Assembly: GCA_023244835.1 (NCBI GenBank)
Contig: JAHFLN010000003.1
Span: 1-51,631 of the forward strand
Length of the DNA stretch: 51,631 bases
Direction: 5' to 3'
DNA from: Candidatus Harrisonbacteria bacterium
GTDB taxonomy: Bacteria; Patescibacteriota; Minisyncoccia; UBA6257; UBA11618
This document shows, piece after piece, positions 49,171 through 51,631 of this stretch (positions are counted from its first letter, which is position 1; each line of letters begins with the position of its first letter). A program made the translations under genes and the position numbers. A model generated the notes under the pieces. It did no database searches, was not told the DNA's origin, and saw only the letters and a list, made by a program, of their open reading frames with translations.

Positions 49171-50373
49171 ATGGATAGGGGTAAAAAATCATTATATGAA
49201 GGGCTTCCCGAGACGCCGGGCGTCTATATCATGAAAAGTCGCGCAGGCGGGATTATATACGTGGGAAAAGCCTCGAACCTTCGTCGGCGCGTGTCGAGCT
49301 ATTTTACGCGCCCTCATGATAGCCGTATTGAGTCCCTCGTGCGGGAGGTCGCGCGCATCGATCATAGGGACACGGACACGGCGATCGAGGCGCTGATTCT
49401 CGAGAGCGCGCTCATCAAGCGGTATATGCCGCCTTATAATATTCGCGAAAAAGACGATAAAAGCTTTCTCTACGTCGTATTCACGAAAGAGGCGTTCCCG
49501 CGCGTGCTCCTCGTGCGCGGGAAAGATAGGGCTTCTGATGATGGGGAGGTATACGGCCCGTTCGTCGCGGCCTCAGCGCTCCGTGCCGCGCTTCGCATCT
49601 TGCGGCGCATTTTCCCGTTTTCGGATCATATAAAAGAAGGCATGAAAGGCGGAAAGCCGTGTTTCAATCACCAGATCGGCCTGTGCCCCGGCACATGCGT
49701 GAAAGCGATCGCGCGCGTCGACTATGCGAAGAATATTAAGAATCTCAAGCTTTTCTTTCGCGGAGAAAAGAAAAGGATTATCCGCTCGCTCGAGGCGGAT
49801 ATGGCGCAGTACGGCAAAGCATTGCAGTTTGAGAAGGCTGAGGCCGCGAAGCGGAAGTTATTCGCTTTGCGCCATATACAGGACACGGCCCTAATTGGTG
49901 AAAATATCGTGGAAGGGGGTAACGAGGATATGCGGATCGAAGGATATGACGTGTCGAATATCTCGGGTACGAATCCCGTAGGCGCGATGGTCGTATTTGC
50001 GGGCGGAAAGCCCGACAAGAAGGAATATCGCCTATTCAATATCAGGGGCATTATGGGGCCGGACGATACCGGTATGATGCGGGAGATGATCGAGCGGCGG
50101 CTCGATAACGCATGGCCCCTACCGCAGCTGATCCTTGTGGACGGGGGGCAAGGCCAGGCGAATGTAGCGGAGGCGGCGCTTATGGCTCGCGGCTTTGCGA
50201 TTCCCGTTGTCGGCATCGCGAAGGGCGCGGATAGGAAGGGTAATCGTTTCGTGGGTAAAATTCCTAAAGGAGTCGCCGAAAAAACGCTTATTGCCGTGCG
50301 CGATGAGGCACACCGGTTTTCCCGCGCGGCGCATATCCGCCGCCGGGGGAATGCGTTCATTCCGCGTTCATGA
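49171..50373 (+). CDS. uvrC: Excinuclease ABC subunit C (short, lacks C-terminal HhH)
   Basis: GIY-YIG (PGVY, IYVGKA), UVR, RIEGYDVSNI, DGG.GQ and RDEAHRF motifs. Confidence 0.93.
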   Translation: MDRGKKSLYEGLPETPGVYIMKSRAGGIIYVGKASNLRRRVSSYFTRPHDSRIESLVREVARIDHRDTDTAIEALILESALIKRYMPPYNIREKDDKSFLYVVFTKEAFPRVLLVRGKDRASDDGEVYGPFVAASALRAALRILRRIFPFSDHIKEGMKGGKPCFNHQIGLCPGTCVKAIARVDYAKNIKNLKLFFRGEKKRIIRSLEADMAQYGKALQFEKAEAAKRKLFALRHIQDTALIGENIVEGGNEDMRIEGYDVSNISGTNPVGAMVVFAGGKPDKKEYRLFNIRGIMGPDDTGMMREMIERRLDNAWPLPQLILVDGGQGQANVAEAALMARGFAIPVVGIAKGADRKGNRFVGKIPKGVAEKTLIAVRDEAHRFSRAAHIRRRGNAFIPRS

Positions 50374-50389
50374 TATTCTGTAATTTCAA

Positions 50390-51418
50390 ATGCGTACCAA
50401 AGTCATAGCTACCATAGGGCCGAAGTCTGAATCGAAGGACATGATCCGCAACTTCGTTGCGGAGGGAATGGACATCGCCCGCATGAATTTCTCGCACTGT
50501 ACGTACGACGAGTACAAGGCGCGGAAATCTCTCATAGCCGAGGCGGCGATGTCCTTAAAAAAGACCGTGCGCATCCAGGAGGACCTGAAGGGGCCGCGCC
50601 TACGCGTGGGCGCGATGCCCGCGGAGGGCAGGGAATTGCGGGATGATGAGATGGTCACCTTCACGACCGACGAGCCGGGCATGAAGCCTGGAGAGATTTA
50701 TATAGACGATCCGTATATCCACGCGGATATTAAGGAAGGCGATCCGCTGTATCTTTCGAGCGGGGAGATGGAACTCGTCATAACGGGCGTTTCGGGAAAG
50801 AGGTTTAAGGCGAAGGTGCTTCGCGGCGGCCTCTTATATTCCAATAAAGGCGTGAATGTGCCGAATACGAAGCTGACGACGTCCGGCCTGACCGACAAGG
50901 ATATCGAAGACGTGAAGTTCGCGGTCGCGGAGGGCGTGGACTACGTGGCGATCTCCTTCGTGCAGTCCGTGGACGATATCGAGCGCCTGCGCGGGCTCGT
51001 GGGAGGGAACGTGAAGATCATAGCGAAGATCGAGATGGCCTTGGCGCTCAAGAATATCGACGAGATCATTCGCGCGTCGGACGCGATCATGGTCGCGCGC
51101 GGGGACTTGGGTACCGAGATTTCGCTCGAGAAGGTGCCGTTCGTGCAGAAGAATCTGATCCGCCAGGCGGCCTGGCATGGCAAGGGATCGATTACGGCGA
51201 CACAGATGCTCTCCTCCATGATGCATCACTTGCACCCGACGCGCGCCGAGGTGTCTGACATCGCGAATGCGGTATGGGACGGCACGGACGCGGTGATGCT
51301 TTCCGACGAGACGGCGGCGGGCCAGTATCCGCTCGAGGCGCTGAAGACTTTGGTACGCGTCACGAAAGAGGCGGAGGTCTCGTATCTCGACAGGCCGAAC
51401 ATGCTATGGAGCGCATAA
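50390..51418 (+). CDS. pyk: Pyruvate kinase lacking the C-terminal allosteric domain
   Basis: TKVIATIGP, RMNFSH, IIAKIE, MVARGDLG, ATQML and MLSDETA motifs. Confidence 0.95.
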   Translation: MRTKVIATIGPKSESKDMIRNFVAEGMDIARMNFSHCTYDEYKARKSLIAEAAMSLKKTVRIQEDLKGPRLRVGAMPAEGRELRDDEMVTFTTDEPGMKPGEIYIDDPYIHADIKEGDPLYLSSGEMELVITGVSGKRFKAKVLRGGLLYSNKGVNVPNTKLTTSGLTDKDIEDVKFAVAEGVDYVAISFVQSVDDIERLRGLVGGNVKIIAKIEMALALKNIDEIIRASDAIMVARGDLGTEISLEKVPFVQKNLIRQAAWHGKGSITATQMLSSMMHHLHPTRAEVSDIANAVWDGTDAVMLSDETAAGQYPLEALKTLVRVTKEAEVSYLDRPNMLWSA

Positions 51419-51631
51419 CGGAGACCGCGGTATTCGGGGGCGGATGCTTCTGGTGCACCGAGGCGGTGTTTCAGAGCCTGAAAGGCGTTGCGGACGTAAT
51501 GCCTGGCTATGCGGGCGGGACGGCGAAGAATCCGACTTATGAGCGGGTATCGAGCGGGGAAAGCGACCATGCGGAAGTGATCAGGATCGAGTTCGACCCG
51601 GCCGTCATTTCATATCGCGATCTCCTCACGG
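51406..51631 (+). CDS. msrA: Peptide methionine sulfoxide reductase MsrA, 3'-truncated by the window edge
   Basis: [22 protein letters not shown]...GYAGG...NPTYE.V. Confidence 0.92.
   Translation, partial: MERITETAVFGGGCFWCTEAVFQSLKGVADVMPGYAGGTAKNPTYERVSSGESDHAEVIRIEFDPAVISYRDLLT

Overview
This 51.6-kb bacterial chromosomal window is most likely from Patescibacteria/Parcubacteria (inference from the ECF-DUF5667 module, CAP and PG-binding surface proteins, shortened UvrC and pyruvate kinase, class II RNR, and mostly leaderless native genes). It runs from the 3' part of ftsZ to the 5' part of msrA. Housekeeping genes include nrdJ, dsbA, an MGMT-family gene, tRNA-Asn(GTT), msrAB, csp, dsbB, an ABC transporter, uvrB, uvrA (in-frame TGA), uvrC and pyk. 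The most striking structure is an AT-rich island after tRNA-Asn. It is built as a tandem array of integrase-less cassettes: HicBA, RelBE-like, and Fur/nicotianamine synthase/CobW/YibE-F, followed by a CsoR-CopA copper cluster. The cassettes are separated by a conserved repeat that ends in the tRNA 3'-end sequence and encodes, antisense, a conserved peptide resembling an orphan recombinase C-terminus. Other highlights: about 16 stand-alone orphan or foreign-looking genes with their own sigma70 promoter, leader, Shine-Dalgarno and usually a terminator (including Planctomycete-like SpoVG and ClpC N-domain and an i-type lysozyme); a ~400-nt hairpin-dense ncRNA candidate next to uvrC; a MITE-like insertion with a 5-bp target duplication between uvrB and uvrA; and three matching ECF promoters, one inside the anti-sigma gene. 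All calls come from reading the sequence by eye; no database searches were run.
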